DNA from: Desulfobacterales bacterium
GTDB taxonomy: Bacteria > Desulfobacterota > Desulfobacteria > Desulfobacterales > UBA2174
DNA: 64,000 bases
Direction: 5' to 3'
NCBI GenBank assembly: GCA_963668645.2
Contig: CAXXWC010000010.1
Span: 128,001-192,000 of the forward strand
This document shows positions 51,339 to 61,117 of this stretch, piece by piece. Position 1 is the first letter of the stretch. Each line of letters opens with the position of its first letter. Both the position numbers and the translations under genes were made by a program. The notes beneath the pieces are model-generated. The model saw nothing but the letters and a program-made list of their open reading frames with translations, did not search any database and was not told the DNA's origin.

Positions 51339-51509
51339 TCAAGCCGCCATCTGCTGGCTGTAAAAATCGAAGGCCTCGTCCACGCTGTCGAAGAGGATCC
51401 ACTCGCGCCAAACGATCCGCTGGCCGCGCTTGCGCACATGCGCCACGACGGTGTGGCCTTCGTATTCGAATCCATCCTGAATCTCTTTGGTCGAAACGGC
51501 TGATCCCAT
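51339..51509 (-). CDS. 56-aa small protein of unknown function (MGSAVSTKEIQDGFEYEGHTVVAHVRKRGQRIVWREWILFDSVDEAFDFYSQQMAA)
   Basis: GGAGG RBS 6 nt before the ATG; host-like codon usage and protein-like composition. Absent from the supplied ORF track, whose shortest entries are 60 aa. Confidence 0.7.
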   Translation of the reverse strand: MGSAVSTKEIQDGFEYEGHTVVAHVRKRGQRIVWREWILFDSVDEAFDFYSQQMAA

Positions 51510-51564
51510 TTTGAACCTCCCGGATAAAAGGTTGACACGCGGCGTTCAACGCCATGATGAACCG

Positions 51565-51598
51565 AGTCTACCGGGCGGCTTTGACAGATACGGTCAAA
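51565..51598 (-). promoter_or_regulatory. Candidate WYL-activated promoter: palindrome TTTGAC-N7-GTCAAA plus TGTCAA-N10-TAGACT
   Basis: Inverted repeat at 51580-51598. The minus strand reads TGTCAA AGCCGCCCGG TAGACT (51586-51565). Confidence 0.65.
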
Positions 51599-51708
51599 AC
51601 CAAAAATTTTACCGTCGTTTTTTTAAAGCCGGAAAATTTGGTATGGATACCCAAGACGCATCAAACGGTGCCGGCCAAAACTTCCCATTCCCATATAAGG
51701 ACAATCAG

Positions 51709-52731
51709 ATGTCGCGGGGGGATCAACTCGGACGCCAGTGGAGGATTATCCAGCACCTGATGGCCTCGCGCCGGGGCCGCACGGTGGCCGAAATCGCCGC
51801 GGCCCTGGACGAGCATCCCCGTTCGGTTTACCGGGATCTGGAGGCCCTGGAAAACGCGGGCTTCCCCCTGTACACGGAGCGCGACGGCCATGGCAACCGC
51901 TGGCGCCTGGTTGAAGAAGCGCGCCGGCCGCTGCCCATCCCCCTCGATCTGACCGAACTGATGGCCCTGTGCCTGAGCCGCAGCCTGCTCAAAGGGCTGG
52001 AAGGCACGGTCTTTGCCACGGCGATGGCCTCGCTCAGCGCCAAGCTTCACACCCTGCTCTCTCCGGGTCTCAAGCAGTACCTCGAACGGCTGGAAACCAC
52101 CCTGGCCGTGGCCCTGCCGCCCCACAAGCGCTACGGGCACCTGCAAGAAATTCTCGATCCGGTGCACCAGGCCTTGATGGAGCGGCGCTGGTTGGAGATG
52201 ACCTATTTTACGATGCACCGGCGCCAGGAGACCCGCCGTCAGGTGGCCCCCTACCGGCTCTGGTACGCCGACGGAGCCCTCTACCTGATCGCCCATTGCC
52301 GCATGCGCGACGCTGTGCGCGTCTTTGCGGTGGACCGCATCCGGCAGATCCGGCTGCTTGACACGACCTTTGAGCCGCCGGCGGACCTGGACATCGATGC
52401 CTTCATGGGCCGTGGAATGGGCGTTTTCCAGGGGCCCCGGGAAAAGGTGCGCATCCGGTTTTCGGCCCGGGTCGCCGGGTACGTGGCCGAACGCATCTGG
52501 CATCAAACCCAGCGGTTGGAAAAGACCGAAGACGGCGGGCTGATCTTCGAGGCCGAGGTGGCCGGGGGCACCGAGATCGTCGCCTGGGTCCTGCGCTGGG
52601 GGGCCGAAGCCCGCGTTCTGGCACCGCAATCTTTGCTGGAGGCGGTACGGAGGGAAGCGCAGGCCATGGCCCGAGCCTATGAGCGCAAAGATGCAAAACC
52701 GGCCGGCACCGGCTTCGAGACGCGGCCCTGA
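51709..52731 (+). CDS. wHTH-WYL-WCX transcriptional regulator (YafY/PafB/DriD-like)
   Basis: HTH RSVYRDLEALENAGFPLY; WYL region PYRLWYADGALYLIAHC..R...R.FAVDRI; WCX WVLRWG.EARVLAP..L. AAGGA RBS before ATG 51709. Confidence 0.93.
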   Translation: MSRGDQLGRQWRIIQHLMASRRGRTVAEIAAALDEHPRSVYRDLEALENAGFPLYTERDGHGNRWRLVEEARRPLPIPLDLTELMALCLSRSLLKGLEGTVFATAMASLSAKLHTLLSPGLKQYLERLETTLAVALPPHKRYGHLQEILDPVHQALMERRWLEMTYFTMHRRQETRRQVAPYRLWYADGALYLIAHCRMRDAVRVFAVDRIRQIRLLDTTFEPPADLDIDAFMGRGMGVFQGPREKVRIRFSARVAGYVAERIWHQTQRLEKTEDGGLIFEAEVAGGTEIVAWVLRWGAEARVLAPQSLLEAVRREAQAMARAYERKDAKPAGTGFETRP

Positions 52732-52868
52732 GCCGTGCCGCCGACCGCCCGGTTGGCGGAAAGCGCCGGGCGTCATCTTTTTGCTTGTTTCGCCGCCTTG
52801 AAAAGACTATAGAAAGCGCCGCATAGCGTCCGGCGCAAGAAATGCGCCGCTGTTTTCGAGGATTTCCC

Positions 52869-53738
52869 TTGGCTATATATTACGTCGATGGCGAATTCGT
52901 TCCCGCCGATCAAGCCTGCCTGCCGGTCAACGACCTGGCTATCTTACGCGGTTTCGCCGTTTTCGAGTTGCTGCGCACTTACGGCGGACGCCCCTTTTTC
53001 CTGGATGCTCACATCACCCGTCTCGAAGATTCGGCCCGCCACATCGGTCTGACCTTCCCCTGGGCCAGATCCCGCTTGGCCGAGATCGTGGGCCAGACCC
53101 TGGCACGCAATACCTTTTCGGAAGCCAACGTCCGCATCGTGGTGACCGGCGGGCCGAGCGATGATTTCATGACCCCCGGCAACCGGCCGCGCCTGCTGGT
53201 GCTGGTCTCTGCGGTACCCGAACTGCCGACCCACTGGTACACCGAGGGGGGCAAAATCATCACCACGATAATCGAACGGCCCATCACCGGCGCCAAAAGC
53301 ATCAACTACATACCGGCCACCATTGCCATGGCCGAGGCCCGCCGCAAGGGGGCCATCGAAGCCGTTTATCTCAACCGCCAGGGCCAGGTTCAGGAAGGGA
53401 CCACCAGCAACCTTTTCATTTTTGACGACGAGGGGCTGGTAACCCCGGGCAAGGATATGCTGCCGGGGATCACCCGCCGGGTGATTCTCGATCTGGCCGC
53501 GGCCCGCTTCCCGGTGGCGATCCGGGACCTGACTTATGATGAACTCTGCCAGGCGCGGGAAGTGTTTATCACCGGCACCAACAAAGGGCTGGTCCCGGTG
53601 GTCCGGGTGGATGATAAAACCATCGCCGACGGTCGGCCCGGCCCGCGGACCTTGGCGCTGATGCAGGAACTCAAGCAGCGCACGGAGCAGTTTGCCACCG
53701 GCATGGCCGAAAGGGCAGAAACCCGAACGCTGCCCTAG
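52869..53738 (+). CDS. Class IV PLP aminotransferase (branched-chain/D-amino acid aminotransferase family)
   Basis: RGFAVFE, HITRL, KSINY, EGTTSNLF, LPGITR and EVFITGT. GAGG RBS before TTG 52869. Confidence 0.9.
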   Translation: MAIYYVDGEFVPADQACLPVNDLAILRGFAVFELLRTYGGRPFFLDAHITRLEDSARHIGLTFPWARSRLAEIVGQTLARNTFSEANVRIVVTGGPSDDFMTPGNRPRLLVLVSAVPELPTHWYTEGGKIITTIIERPITGAKSINYIPATIAMAEARRKGAIEAVYLNRQGQVQEGTTSNLFIFDDEGLVTPGKDMLPGITRRVILDLAAARFPVAIRDLTYDELCQAREVFITGTNKGLVPVVRVDDKTIADGRPGPRTLALMQELKQRTEQFATGMAERAETRTLP

Positions 53739-53810
53739 GCAGCCCGCATGGTTAGGCATGTTTTCGAGGCTCTGCCTTAAACCCGAAGTCTAGTCAAGAG
53801 GACCGTACCG

Positions 53811-55298
53811 ATGAACGAACCGATGGACCAGGAAATGGACAGGGAAAATGAAGATCTGCAGGATGGGGAAGATTTCGCCACCCTGCTGGAAAGCTACACG
53901 GCCGATCTGACCGACGACCTGCGGGTCGGGGACCGGGTGACCGGCCGCATCATCGCCATCGGAGATGAAACGGTCTTCGTGGACACCGGCACCAAGATTG
54001 ACGGGGCGGCGGACCGGGCGGAGTTCCTGGATCCGGAAGGGGCCCTCACCGTGGCGGTGGGCGATACGGTTTCCCTCTATGTGGTGGCCCAGGACGAAAG
54101 CGAGATCCGCCTTTCCAAAGCCATCGGCGGCGTCGGCGGCCTCAACATGCTCCAGGAGGCCCTGGACAGCCAGATCCCGGTCGAGGGCAAGGTGCGCGAG
54201 ACCTGCAAGGGCGGGTTCGTGGTGGAGGTGCTCCAGCGCCGGGCCTTTTGCCCCGTGAGCCAGATCGATGTTTTCCCGGGACAGGAAGCAGACGCCTACA
54301 TCGGCCAGAGTCTTCAGTTTTTGATGGTGCGCCTGGAAAAAGGGGGCCGCAACATCGTTTTGTCCCGCCGCCGGCTCCTGGAAAAAGAGCAGCAAAAAGC
54401 CCGCGACGAGTTCATGGCCACGGTGGAAGTCGGCTCGATCTGCGAAGGCGAGGTGGTGCGCACGGCCCCCTTCGGCGCCTTCGTGCAGCTGGCACCGGGA
54501 GTCGACGGGCTGGTCCATGTTTCAGAGATGAACTGGTCGCGGGTCGAGGATCCCGAATCCTTCGTCCAGGTCGGCCAGCCGGTGACGGTCATGATCCTGT
54601 CCATCGAACCGGATAAAAAGCCGGGCCAGATGCGCCTCTCCCTGTCGATGAAGCAGGTGGACGGGGATCCCTGGCAGAAGGTGCCCCAGACCTTCAAGGC
54701 CGGCGACCGGGTGCCGGGCAAGGTGACCCGCTGCGCCAAGTTCGGGGCCTTCGTGGAAATCGCTCCGGGGGTCGAGGGGCTGGTCCACATCAGCGAAATG
54801 AGCCACATCCGGCGCGTAATGGATCCGCAGGAAATCGTATCTCCGGGAGACGCCGTAACGGTGAGCATCAAGGCCGTGGAGCCTGACAAGCGGCGCATCT
54901 CCCTGAGCATCCGCGATGTCGAGGGAGACCCCTGGGCCGAGATCGAAACGCGCTTCAAGGCTGGGCAGCTCACCACCGGACGGCTGGAAAAAAAGGAACG
55001 CTTCGGCTGGTTCATTCAATTGGCACCGGGAATCACCGGACTGATGCCCAAGTCGCGCCTGATGACCGCCCCGGCAGGCAACCGCTTGGAAAGCCTGCGC
55101 ACCGGGGACAACATCGAGGTGCTCATCGAAGAGATCCATGTCCAGGATCGCAAGATCACCCTGGCCCCGGCCGACGCGGCCGCCGGCGAGGACGGCAGCT
55201 GGAAGTCCTTCGCCGCCCCGGACGAGAGCCGCACGGGTGGCTTGGGCAGCCTGGGCGAAAAACTGCGCCAGGCGATGAAAGAGCAGAAACCGTCGTAA
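53811..55298 (+). CDS. rpsA: 30S ribosomal protein S1-like multi-S1-domain protein
   Basis: Acidic N-terminus with EDFATLLE. Repeated S1 domains (FGAFV.LAPGV.GLVH.SE, RISLSI) and C-terminal LGSLGEKL. May be a paralog. Confidence 0.8.
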   Translation: MNEPMDQEMDRENEDLQDGEDFATLLESYTADLTDDLRVGDRVTGRIIAIGDETVFVDTGTKIDGAADRAEFLDPEGALTVAVGDTVSLYVVAQDESEIRLSKAIGGVGGLNMLQEALDSQIPVEGKVRETCKGGFVVEVLQRRAFCPVSQIDVFPGQEADAYIGQSLQFLMVRLEKGGRNIVLSRRRLLEKEQQKARDEFMATVEVGSICEGEVVRTAPFGAFVQLAPGVDGLVHVSEMNWSRVEDPESFVQVGQPVTVMILSIEPDKKPGQMRLSLSMKQVDGDPWQKVPQTFKAGDRVPGKVTRCAKFGAFVEIAPGVEGLVHISEMSHIRRVMDPQEIVSPGDAVTVSIKAVEPDKRRISLSIRDVEGDPWAEIETRFKAGQLTTGRLEKKERFGWFIQLAPGITGLMPKSRLMTAPAGNRLESLRTGDNIEVLIEEIHVQDRKITLAPADAAAGEDGSWKSFAAPDESRTGGLGSLGEKLRQAMKEQKPS

Positions 55299-55799
55299 AC
55301 CGAAAGCGACTCCACCCTCCCGGGGCGATCCGTATCGAATGATCGCCCCTCGTTTTTTCCCGGATCTGGCCTCCTGAAGGCAACGGGGCACTCCGACCGC
55401 CGCCAGCCCCCAGGCCGCCCCGGCGGTTCGGGCGCGCAAACTCAGACCCAAGACCGCCGTTGCCTGTTCGAAACCCCGATCCTTTCTTCAGCCGTCCTGC
55501 CGAAATCAAAGCCCAACGCTTCAGTCTGCTTGCGAAAACCGGCAGATCTTGGATTTACAAAAAATAGTGGCGGCCACAGCTGATAGATCCTTTACGAATC
55601 TGAGCGACGGTGTTAATTTGGATTCGATACCATCGTCGCCGTAGCGCGTCGGTCGGCCACCCCTCCCTGAAAAAACTGCGCCCCTTGAATTTTACCGGCC
55701 ACGTAAACGCCCGGCGACTTCCCGACCCATCCGGCGGCGACGAACAGGTCCGGCCCGCCACCGGCCGCTTCGCACCGCATCCAGCCAAAGGGGGTTCCC

Positions 55800-57860
55800 A
55801 TGGCCAGCCATCCGCCCCAGTCCCTCGCCCACCATCTCGAAGCGGTCCGCGACGGCCGCCGCGGCTTTGAAAACGCCTTCCAGGCCGTAGCCCGCATGAT
55901 TCTGGAAAGCGACATCGAAAAGGTCGTGGTCAACGGCAAGACGACCTATGATTTTTCCATCTTCCGCACCGGCCGCAAGCCGGTGGTGGGGATGTACGAC
56001 GAGATCAACAGCTTCGTCAATTACGTCAAGGACGCCGCCGAGGGGGGCAGCAGCAAGGAGATGGCCTTCGTGCTGGTGGGCGAGCCGGGCAACGGCAAAA
56101 CCTTCCTGGTGGAATTCATCTGCAGCCGCTACCGGGAATTTATCGGCCGCGAGGAGAACCGCAAATTCACCTTCCGCTTCGTCAACCTCGACCGGCTGGG
56201 CCATTACGGGCGCATCCGCACCGTCGAATCCCAGACCTACGAAGACCCCATAATCCTGGCCCTGAACCTCTTCGACCAGCCGGACCGGGTACGCGAATAC
56301 CTTTCGCGCCAGCACGGCTTGCCCCTGGACCAGCTCGACCAGCTCTACGAAAACTACCGCCCACTGGGGGCGTGCAGCGACTACATCTGGAACGATATTA
56401 AAACTTACACCGACGGCGACATCGAAAAGATGCTCGAATTCGTCGAGATTATGCCGGTGCCGCTGAGCGAGAGCCTCGGCACCCTCACCGGCAAGTACCC
56501 GGCCAAGGACAAGATCACCTCATCGGCGGTGGATCTTCTGGGTGAAGAATCGATCCAGCGCCTCTTGCACATCGCAGATACCAACAATCCCTACCGCTTC
56601 GACCTGCGCCGCGGGGCCCTGGCTCGGGTGGCGGGAGGGGGGATCCATTTTTGCGACGAGATTTACAAGAACAAGAAGGACCTGGTGCAGGTCTACCTCG
56701 GTGTGATCCAGAACCGCTGCATCGAAATCGACGGGTACAAGTGGCCCATCGACACCTTGATCATCGCCACGAGCAACAACAACGAATTTCACCGCTTCCT
56801 GTCGGAAAAGGAAGAGGCCCCCATCGTGGACCGCTGCCGGATCTGCTACGTTTCGCACAACACCAACTACAAGCTGCAGCAGGAACTGACGCGCTACGCC
56901 ATCGGCAGCGAGGCGCGCACCACCTTGAGCCGCGAAGACCTGCACCAGGACCCCAACCTGAACTACGCGGCCTCGGTGGCCGCAGTCCTCTCGCGCCTGC
57001 CGCGCTCGGAAAAACTCACCCCGGTGGAGACCATGAAGCTGGCCGCCGGGGAGGTGGCCGGCGAAAAGAGCATCAAGACCCTGGCCGAGGTCATCGACGC
57101 CCTCAACCAGGACCCGGAAATCATCAACCGCTTCGGCCAGAAAGGCCTGGGGCAGCGCAACCTCGGCCGCGCCATCCAGCTGCTCATCGAAAGCTCGGAG
57201 ACCAACGAGGGCCGCTGCATGTTCGCCTACGACGTCTTTCGGGCTTTAGAGCGCATCGTGCTCGATTATGTCACCGAGGCCAACGACCGGACCAAGTATC
57301 TAGAAGACCTCAAGATCGCCAAGGGCCTCTACCGCGAACGGATCATGACCGAGATCTTCAATGCCTACATGGACGAGCCCTTCGCCATCCGCAAGGACGT
57401 GCTCAACTACGTGAACATGATCATCGGCATCGACGCGGAAAACCTGGGGCCGGACCGCATGTGGAAGTACAAGGACCCCCAGACCGGGGAACTGCGTGCC
57501 TTGAAGATCGACGAACGCTACGTCAAGAGCGTCGAGGAACGCCTGGGCCTCAAGACCGAAGAACAGCGCGAAACCTTCCGCACCTCGATCCGCAAGATCT
57601 ACGGCCAGAAAATCTCGGTGGAGCCCGAGTACGATTTTATGGACAACCTCGAACTGGTCAAGGCGGTCACCGATGTGCGCCTCAAATCGGATATCGCCGG
57701 CGCGGGCAGCCTGATCGGGGCTCTTGCCAACCGCACCAACGAAGAAAACCAGAAGCTCTACGACCGCATGATCGACACCATGCTCCACAAACTCGGCTAC
57801 TGCCGCACCTGCGCCGAAAAGACCATCGAGTATTTTTGCACCCAGGAAGACGAGAAATGA
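55800..57860 (+). CDS. prkA: PrkA/YeaG-family AAA+ serine protein kinase
   Basis: Walker A GEPGNGKT, Walker B HFCDEI, IIATSN and DRC; C-terminal M...LGY...A motif. Sits next to YeaH and SpoVR. Confidence 0.85.
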   Translation: MASHPPQSLAHHLEAVRDGRRGFENAFQAVARMILESDIEKVVVNGKTTYDFSIFRTGRKPVVGMYDEINSFVNYVKDAAEGGSSKEMAFVLVGEPGNGKTFLVEFICSRYREFIGREENRKFTFRFVNLDRLGHYGRIRTVESQTYEDPIILALNLFDQPDRVREYLSRQHGLPLDQLDQLYENYRPLGACSDYIWNDIKTYTDGDIEKMLEFVEIMPVPLSESLGTLTGKYPAKDKITSSAVDLLGEESIQRLLHIADTNNPYRFDLRRGALARVAGGGIHFCDEIYKNKKDLVQVYLGVIQNRCIEIDGYKWPIDTLIIATSNNNEFHRFLSEKEEAPIVDRCRICYVSHNTNYKLQQELTRYAIGSEARTTLSREDLHQDPNLNYAASVAAVLSRLPRSEKLTPVETMKLAAGEVAGEKSIKTLAEVIDALNQDPEIINRFGQKGLGQRNLGRAIQLLIESSETNEGRCMFAYDVFRALERIVLDYVTEANDRTKYLEDLKIAKGLYRERIMTEIFNAYMDEPFAIRKDVLNYVNMIIGIDAENLGPDRMWKYKDPQTGELRALKIDERYVKSVEERLGLKTEEQRETFRTSIRKIYGQKISVEPEYDFMDNLELVKAVTDVRLKSDIAGAGSLIGALANRTNEENQKLYDRMIDTMLHKLGYCRTCAEKTIEYFCTQEDEK

Positions 57861-57918
57861 TCCATAACGGACGGCGGCAACCGCCGGTCCTTTGCATCCA
57901 AGGGGTTGTGAGGCAGCA

Positions 57919-59343
57919 ATGAAACCCGATGGCCGATTCATCGAAAAGGCTCTTCAGCGCGGCACCTTGAGCCCTGCCGCGGCCGGGCGCATGCGGGCCG
58001 AGCTCAACGACCGGCGGCGTCATGGCCTGCCGCCTTCGGCCGCGGATCCGGACCGGCGGCCGCGGCCGCCCTCGGATCTTTACACCCCCGGCGACCTGCA
58101 AGTGCTCCAGGACATGCCCGCCGGAGCGGCGCCGCCTACCGTCTGCCTCCAATCCCTGGACGAATTGCTGGAACGCGACCGGCAGCGGGAAAAGGACGGA
58201 TTTCCGCGCAAGATCCGCGTCGGGCGCCTGGTCAAACCCGGACGCCGCGGCAAGCAGAAGGTGGTGGTGATCCCGACCACCGTCGAAGAAAAACTGATTC
58301 ACGATACGCTCCTGCGGCCGGACGAGGAGGGGCCGGGGGGCGGGGGCGCCGGAGCCGGCGAGGAGGGTGAAGTCATCGGCGAGGCCCCGGTACGCCCGGA
58401 CCAGGATGGGGACGGCAGCGGTCCCGGCCAAGGCCAGGGGGCGGCCCACGAGGTGGAGTCCAACGCCTACGACCTGGGGCGGATTCTGACCGAAAAATTT
58501 CAGCTCCCCAACCTCAAGGAAAAAGGCAAGAAGCGCTCTTTGACCCAGTACACCTACGAATTGACCGACCGCCACAAGGGGTTCGGCCAGTTTCTGGACA
58601 AGAAGGCCACCCTGCGCAAAATCGTCGAAAGCAACATCCACCTGGGCAACCTGCCTGATCCGGCCGACATCGATCCGTCGAGGTTCCTCATCGCTCCGGC
58701 CGATCGGGTCTATCGGATCCTGTCGCGCGAAAAGGACTACGAATCCCAGGCGATGGTATTCTTTTTACGCGACTACTCGGGATCCATGACCGGCCGGCCC
58801 ACCGAACTGGTGGTCACCCAGCACGTGCTGATCTACAGCTGGCTCCTGTACCAGTACGAACGCCAGGTGGAAACCCGCTTCATTTTACACGACACCGAAG
58901 CCCGAGAGGTGGAGGATTTTTACACCTACTACAACACCCGGGTGGCCGGCGGCACCCGGGTGGCATCGGCCTTCCGGCTGGTCAACGAAATCGTGGCCGC
59001 CGAAAACCTGGCCGCCGACTACAACATCTACGTCTTTCACGGCACGGACGGCGATGACTGGGACACCGAGGGGACCGATACCGTTCCGGCCATCGAAACG
59101 ATGCTGGCCTACGCCAACCGGGTGGGGATCACCATCGCCGAGCACGGCACCGAAACAGGAGGCACCACGGTGGAGCGCTACCTCACCGCCAGTGGGCTGC
59201 TCAAGCGCCGGGCCGATCTGATCCGGCTGGACGTGATGCCCAAGGAGGCCGACGAACCGCGCCTGATCGAGGGCATCCGGCGCCTGATCAGCGGCAGGAT
59301 CGAACCCCGACCCGCGGCGGCCATGGCCGCCCAAGGGGAGTGA
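57919..59343 (+). CDS. YeaH/YhbH (DUF444) vWA-domain protein
   Basis: Gly-rich segment and LPNLKEKG; MIDAS RDYSGSM; GGTRVASA and YVFHGTDGD. Confidence 0.88.
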   Translation: MKPDGRFIEKALQRGTLSPAAAGRMRAELNDRRRHGLPPSAADPDRRPRPPSDLYTPGDLQVLQDMPAGAAPPTVCLQSLDELLERDRQREKDGFPRKIRVGRLVKPGRRGKQKVVVIPTTVEEKLIHDTLLRPDEEGPGGGGAGAGEEGEVIGEAPVRPDQDGDGSGPGQGQGAAHEVESNAYDLGRILTEKFQLPNLKEKGKKRSLTQYTYELTDRHKGFGQFLDKKATLRKIVESNIHLGNLPDPADIDPSRFLIAPADRVYRILSREKDYESQAMVFFLRDYSGSMTGRPTELVVTQHVLIYSWLLYQYERQVETRFILHDTEAREVEDFYTYYNTRVAGGTRVASAFRLVNEIVAAENLAADYNIYVFHGTDGDDWDTEGTDTVPAIETMLAYANRVGITIAEHGTETGGTTVERYLTASGLLKRRADLIRLDVMPKEADEPRLIEGIRRLISGRIEPRPAAAMAAQGE

Positions 59344-59423
59344 CCCCTGCCGTGGGTCAGAGGCCCGAAATCTTTGCTGCCGGAGTCCTTGCGGGTTTAA
59401 ACCCTGAACCGTGAAGCCTTGAA

Positions 59424-61052
59424 ATGGAACTCATCGACCAGCATACCAAGCGCATCATGGAAGGCTGCAAGGAACGGGCCCGGGATGCCGGGTTGCGCTT
59501 CGGCGACGAGACCCTGGAGTATATCGTCACCAACCGCGACCTGCTGGAACTTTCGCCCAAGGTCATGATCCCCACCCTCTACGACTACTGGGTACATGAC
59601 GTGGAGGTGCTGCGCGAAAAGGGCAAATATGAACTCTATCCGGCCAATCCTTACGAGACGGTGATCAACACCCGCCCGGCAATCTCCTTTTACAACGACA
59701 ACAATCCCGACTGGCTCAACGTGATGATCTTCTATCACGTGCTGGCCCACATCGATTTTTTCCAGAACAACCTCTACTTCCGCCATACCTGGGACTACGA
59801 TTTCGCCGGCCGGGCTCTTTCGGACAAGCGGGCGATCGCCAAGTTGCGCTCGGAAAAAGGCCGCTGGGTCGACTACATCATCGAGTTTTCCCGCGCCATC
59901 GACAACCTGGTGGGCTACCATGAGACCCTGGCCCGCTATCACCGGCCCCGGCGGACAAAACAGGACCGCCGCATCGACTACTATTTCGACGACTTTCTCC
60001 AGGTCCTGCGGCAGGTCTCGACCACGGAATACCTCAAGGAGATCGAACGGTTCAATCAATGCCGGCGCGATCACGGCCCCCCGGGGGCCGAGTCGTTCTT
60101 TCTGGCGGTGGAAAAAAAATATCCCGAGTTCCCGGCCCTCTACCGCCGTTTCTGCGAGCACCCGCCCGCCGGACGCCAGGACCTGGTCGAGTTTTTATGC
60201 ACCCATTCGAACGTCCTCAACCGCGAGGAAAACCGCTGGATGCAGGAGGTGGTGCAGATCGTGCGCCAGACGGCCCTCTTTTTCCAGCCCCAGATCCGCA
60301 CCAAGATCATGAACGAGGGCTGGGCCAGCTACTGGCACGAAACCCTCTTTCTCAACGACGAGCGCATCCGCGGCCATGAAGTCGACTTCGCCCGGGTCAA
60401 CGCCGGGGTCACGGCCCTGCCCCGGATCGGGATCAATCCCTACGCCCTGGGTATGCACCTTTTTTACGCCATCGAAGAAGCGGCCGACCGGGGACGGCTC
60501 GACTTCGCCTACGACCGTCTCACCGATGCCCGCCAGCGCGAGCACTACGACCGGGGTACGGCCCAGGGGCGGGCGCGGATCTTCGCGGTGCGCAGCAGCC
60601 ACTGCGATTTTACCTTCATCAACCGTTTTCTGGATCAGGATTTTTTCAACCGGCACCGGCTTTTCGTGGCCGGCCGGCGCCTCAACCCGCAAAAGATGGT
60701 CTGGGAATACTACATCAAGAGCCGGCGCCTGGCGGACTATCGCCAGATGATCCTCGCCAGCCTCTACCACCCGCCCCATATCACGGTGGCAAAGGAAACC
60801 GAGCCGGACAAGGATCTGACCCTGATCCATCATTTCGAGGGCAAGCCGCTGGTGTCCGAGTACATTCCGGCCGTCCTGCTCGGCCTCGAGTACCTCTGGG
60901 GGCATCCGGTGCACCTGGAAACCAGCGAACCGATCTTCGTGCCGGAGGGGCCGCCCGAGGCTTCCCAGGAAAGCCCGCCCCCCTCGGGCATTACCTGGCG
61001 CCGGGTGCGCTATACGATGAGAGAAAGGCGCATGAGCAAAAAAGCCCTCTGA
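59424..61052 (+). CDS. SpoVR/YcgB family protein
   Basis: YETVINTRP, HVLAHIDFFQNN, PQIRTKIMNEGWASYWH, NPYALG and LWGHPVHLET. Confidence 0.92.
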   Translation: MELIDQHTKRIMEGCKERARDAGLRFGDETLEYIVTNRDLLELSPKVMIPTLYDYWVHDVEVLREKGKYELYPANPYETVINTRPAISFYNDNNPDWLNVMIFYHVLAHIDFFQNNLYFRHTWDYDFAGRALSDKRAIAKLRSEKGRWVDYIIEFSRAIDNLVGYHETLARYHRPRRTKQDRRIDYYFDDFLQVLRQVSTTEYLKEIERFNQCRRDHGPPGAESFFLAVEKKYPEFPALYRRFCEHPPAGRQDLVEFLCTHSNVLNREENRWMQEVVQIVRQTALFFQPQIRTKIMNEGWASYWHETLFLNDERIRGHEVDFARVNAGVTALPRIGINPYALGMHLFYAIEEAADRGRLDFAYDRLTDARQREHYDRGTAQGRARIFAVRSSHCDFTFINRFLDQDFFNRHRLFVAGRRLNPQKMVWEYYIKSRRLADYRQMILASLYHPPHITVAKETEPDKDLTLIHHFEGKPLVSEYIPAVLLGLEYLWGHPVHLETSEPIFVPEGPPEASQESPPPSGITWRRVRYTMRERRMSKKAL

Positions 61053-61117
61053 TGCGACCAGCCCGCCAACCTTTTGCATAAACCGCCATGCCCGCAAGGC
61101 GGAGAGGGTGACGGCCC

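Noticed and set aside
51221..51538. 105-aa ORF from the track as a single gene
   Set aside because: It has no RBS at its start. Two shorter ORFs with strong RBSs (51509-51339 in another frame, and 51307-51221) explain the region better.
55299..55799. Riboswitch or small gene in the 500-nt gap before prkA
   Set aside because: Only weak stems and RBS-less ORFs are present, and I recognise no riboswitch consensus. An Rfam scan would be needed to exclude one.
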